A stretch of 61,662 bases of DNA, filler included, from Candidatus Babelota bacterium (GTDB lineage Bacteria > JAGOBX01), in NCBI GenBank assembly GCA_017999075.1. It is 13 parts of 13 records of this genome, joined end to end, with 100 filler letters (N's around TTAATTAATTAA, not from the genome) between each part and the next. Parts side by side here need not be neighbours in the genome. Positions count along the whole stretch, not along the records: positions 58,705 to 61,662 come from JAGOBX010000522.1; 12 more parts are not named here. The stretch is one strand, 5' to 3'. This document shows positions 58,893 through 61,662 of this stretch, one piece after another (within the stretch, counting starts at the first letter, position 1; each line of letters opens with the position of its first letter). Made by a program: the position numbers and the translations under genes. The notes beneath the pieces are model-generated. The model was not told the origin of the DNA and made no database searches. It worked only from the letters and a program-made list of their open reading frames with translations.

Positions 58893-60824
58893 ATGGGAAA
58901 AATAATAATTCTTGATGAAAACCTTATCAATAAGATAGCTGCCGGGGAAGTTATAGAACGGCCGGCTTCAATAGTCAAAGAATTGATTGACAATTCAATA
59001 GATGCTGGTGCTGATGAAATTTCGGTTTTTGTTGAAAAATCTGGAAAACGCCTTATTAAAATTATTGATAATGGCTGCGGAATGGATGAAGAAGATTTGT
59101 TTTTGTCAGTCGAACGTCATGCTACAAGTAAAATTAAAGAAACTTCGGATTTATTTAAAATTTTAACGCATGGATTCAGAGGAGAAGCTTTGGCGAGTAT
59201 AGCAGCCGTTTCAAAATTAACAGCAGCAAGCAGGCAGAAAAATTCTCTTGAAGGAAACCAAATCGTGGTTGTCGGCGGTCAAATGAAAGAAAAAAATATT
59301 GCCGGATTATCTACTGGAACGGAAATAACTGTTGAAAACCTTTTTTTTAATACTCCGGTCAGAAAAAAATTTTTAAAAACAGAATCTACTGAACTTGCCC
59401 ATATTCTTAATATAATAACCAATCATTCTATGGCGTATCCCTATATTCATTTTAAATTATACTCCGAAAATAAAATTATTTTTGAATCTGTAAAACATGG
59501 ATCACGGCTCGATTCAATATTAGACATATTCGGGCATTCTTTAAAAAAAGATATTGTTTCTGTGAATGATGAATTGGGTGATTTAAAGCTTGAAGCTTAT
59601 TTGGGTTCTCCGAATATTTCGAGAAAATCTAAAGATCGGCAGAAGATTTATGTTAATAACAGATTTATACGTAACTCTACAATAACTTCCGCTGTGTATA
59701 ACGTTTATAAAACACTTTTAACAATAGGCGAACATCCGGTATTTATTATTTTTCTTGATATAAATCCGGAAAATATTGATGTCAATGTTCATCCCACAAA
59801 AAATGAAGTGAGGTTTACAGATAATCAGCATATAATGTATAACATTGAAACAATGCTGAAAAAAGGAATGATGAAAAGTCCTTTTATGTCGCCGCGTGTA
59901 ACTTTAAAATCATATAAAATATCGGATTTATCTGAAAAAGCTGAAATTAATACTGAAACCCTGGTTGAAAGTAAGCCGGAAAATATTAATATCATCCAAA
60001 CCGGATTTTTTTCTAAAAAAAATAGCGAGCAATCAGGAGAAAAAAAATTTTTACCGGTTAAACCCGATAATTCAGAAACAGCTGAAATCGGTTTAATAAA
60101 CTATGATTCCGGTATTAAAAATGAAACAGGATACAGTCGTGATATCAATATTGAAAAAAAAGTTTTGGAAGAAAATAATAATGGAAAAGAAGATGTTGAA
60201 AATGAAAAAAATAATTCCTTGAATAAAAATGAGAATATTCCGAATTTTAAAATTATAGGTCAAGCAGGCAATCTTTATATAATAGTTGAACTTGATACTG
60301 GAATTAAAATAATAGATCAGCATGCAGCGCATGAAAGAATACTCTACAATAAATTCATGAATTCAGTTAAAAATAAAGATTCGGTTGATGCTCAACTCCT
60401 TTTGATACCTCTGAATATTGAGGTGACTCAGTCTGAGAAAATTATTCTTAATGATTGGATTCCTGTACTCAATAAACTCGGGTTCGAAATGGAAGAGTTT
60501 GGTGCAAATTCGTATTTGATAAGGAGTATGCCTGTATTTTCAGGTATGAGAACAGATGACAAACGTGTTTTGCTGGATTTGATAGATGATATTATTTCAT
60601 TGGGGAAAATTAGAAGTTATGATGAAATGATTCATAATATAATAGCTATGATGGCTTGCAGAACAGCTGTAAAAGCTGGAAGCCGTCTTATGCCCGGAGA
60701 AATGAAAGAAATTGCTGAAAAAATTTTAACCGACAATTCTTTATCTTCGTGTCCTCACGGCAGGCCGACTTCATTGGATATAACTTTTGACGGATTGGAA
60801 AAAAATTTTAAACGTAAAAAATAA
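58893..60824 (+). CDS. mutL: DNA mismatch repair endonuclease MutL
   Basis: IAAGEVIERPAS.VKEL..NS.DAGA, GFRGEALASI, DVNVHPTK, DQHAAHERILY, ACR, CPHGRP. Confidence 0.98.
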   Translation: MGKIIILDENLINKIAAGEVIERPASIVKELIDNSIDAGADEISVFVEKSGKRLIKIIDNGCGMDEEDLFLSVERHATSKIKETSDLFKILTHGFRGEALASIAAVSKLTAASRQKNSLEGNQIVVVGGQMKEKNIAGLSTGTEITVENLFFNTPVRKKFLKTESTELAHILNIITNHSMAYPYIHFKLYSENKIIFESVKHGSRLDSILDIFGHSLKKDIVSVNDELGDLKLEAYLGSPNISRKSKDRQKIYVNNRFIRNSTITSAVYNVYKTLLTIGEHPVFIIFLDINPENIDVNVHPTKNEVRFTDNQHIMYNIETMLKKGMMKSPFMSPRVTLKSYKISDLSEKAEINTETLVESKPENINIIQTGFFSKKNSEQSGEKKFLPVKPDNSETAEIGLINYDSGIKNETGYSRDINIEKKVLEENNNGKEDVENEKNNSLNKNENIPNFKIIGQAGNLYIIVELDTGIKIIDQHAAHERILYNKFMNSVKNKDSVDAQLLLIPLNIEVTQSEKIILNDWIPVLNKLGFEMEEFGANSYLIRSMPVFSGMRTDDKRVLLDLIDDIISLGKIRSYDEMIHNIIAMMACRTAVKAGSRLMPGEMKEIAEKILTDNSLSSCPHGRPTSLDITFDGLEKNFKRKK

Positions 60825-60837
60825 CGGATGTGATTTA

Positions 60838-61326
60838 ATGAAGAATACCATAATATATCCGGGGACTTTTGATCCGGTTACTTTTGGACATATTGATATA
60901 ATTGGAAGAGCGGCGAAAATGTTTGAAAAAGTTATTGTCGGTATTATCAAACATCCCGTTAAAACAAATTTTATGTTTGATATTGAAGAACGGGTTGAAT
61001 TTGTGAAAAAATCATCGTTTAAATTTTTAAATGTTGAAGTAGAATCTTTTGAAGGGCTTCTTGTTCATTATGCAAAACAGAAAAATGTTAAACTTGTTCT
61101 TCGCGGACTGAGGGCAATAACGGATTTTGAATATGAATTTCAAATGGCGTTGACCAATAAAAAATTAGACAATGGAATTGAAACGGTATTTATGATGACA
61201 AATGAAAATTATTCTTATTTGAGTTCAAGTATGGTTAAAGAAATCGCGCGTTATAACGGAGATATTTCAGGATTTGTACCTGATTTTATTGTAGAAAAAT
61301 TCAGACAGAAATTGTCGAAAATATAA
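60838..61326 (+). CDS. coaD: Phosphopantetheine adenylyltransferase
   Basis: YPGTFDPVTFGH.DII, RGLRA..DFEYE, SSSMVKE. Confidence 0.97.
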   Translation: MKNTIIYPGTFDPVTFGHIDIIGRAAKMFEKVIVGIIKHPVKTNFMFDIEERVEFVKKSSFKFLNVEVESFEGLLVHYAKQKNVKLVLRGLRAITDFEYEFQMALTNKKLDNGIETVFMMTNENYSYLSSSMVKEIARYNGDISGFVPDFIVEKFRQKLSKI

Positions 61327-61662
61327 AAGATTCCAAGCTGATATAAAAATTTTGAATTTATTATTTTAAGATTTAACCCCATTTTTTTTGACAATAAAAT
61401 TATTTTAGAATTAATCAGACAGCCTTTTAGATTAAACATCATATTTTTCATTTTAGCAGACATAAACCGGTCGCCGTTTAAATTATAATGAGAATATAGA
61501 ATAGGGACTACTGAATTTGATAAAATGATATCAAGATGATGAGTTCCTATACTTTTAAAATTATCTTGATCAAAATTTAGAATTGAATCAAAATATAATT
61601 TTAATTTTTTGTAATTCAAGTTTTTTCCTGTAAAATTTCTATAAATTCATCATCATTTAAAA
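61251..61662 (-). CDS. C-terminal part of a hypothetical protein, possibly DUF2851-like; 5'-truncated
   Basis: IG....DIILSNSVVPILY and YQLG pattern; convergent overlap with coaD. Confidence 0.4.

Noticed and set aside
109-60332. Many short ORFs in the track overlapping larger genes (e.g. 109-309, 3693-3992, 6693-7444, 10871-11221, 23718-24614, 43800-44138, 60093-60332)
   Set aside because: Antisense or off-frame shadows of well-supported genes, with no recognisable motifs.

Overview
This 61.7 kb window is not a contiguous locus. It is 13 AT-rich contigs (two of ~13.8 kb, eleven of ~3 kb) joined by artificial 100-nt N44-TTAATTAATTAA-N44 spacers in length-sorted order, so adjacency across spacers means nothing. 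Gene content (TonB-dependent receptor, GT9 heptosyltransferase-like protein, flagellin, CheV) points to a flagellated diderm bacterium using genetic code 11, probably a fragmented MAG. Most genes are housekeeping or envelope genes (gcvPA, corA, cysK, map, clpP, EF-G paralogue, rsmI, fabH/fabF, mutL, coaD, several glycosyltransferases). Highlights: (1) An apparently complete IS110 element (6331-7893, minus strand). Its ends, circle-junction promoter (TTGATA-17-TATGAT) and bridge-RNA-like non-coding RNA can be read from the sequence. The guide segments match the donor end and the target flank, and the target is a Shine-Dalgarno motif. (2) A 10.7 kb operon with six radical-SAM domains (three B12-binding, three twitch/SPASM) and two GT4 domains, including two fusion proteins. 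(3) A long attC-like stem-loop after a Type III restriction gene, with the contig breaking at the predicted crossover box. (4) A TonB receptor operon with two binding proteins and a non-catalytic 5'-nucleotidase C-domain lipoprotein. (5) A giant flagellin-like protein, a degenerate GGDEF protein that retains its I-site, and a secreted degenerate-PLC/FN3/FG-GAP protein. No CRISPR array, tRNA or rRNA was seen.
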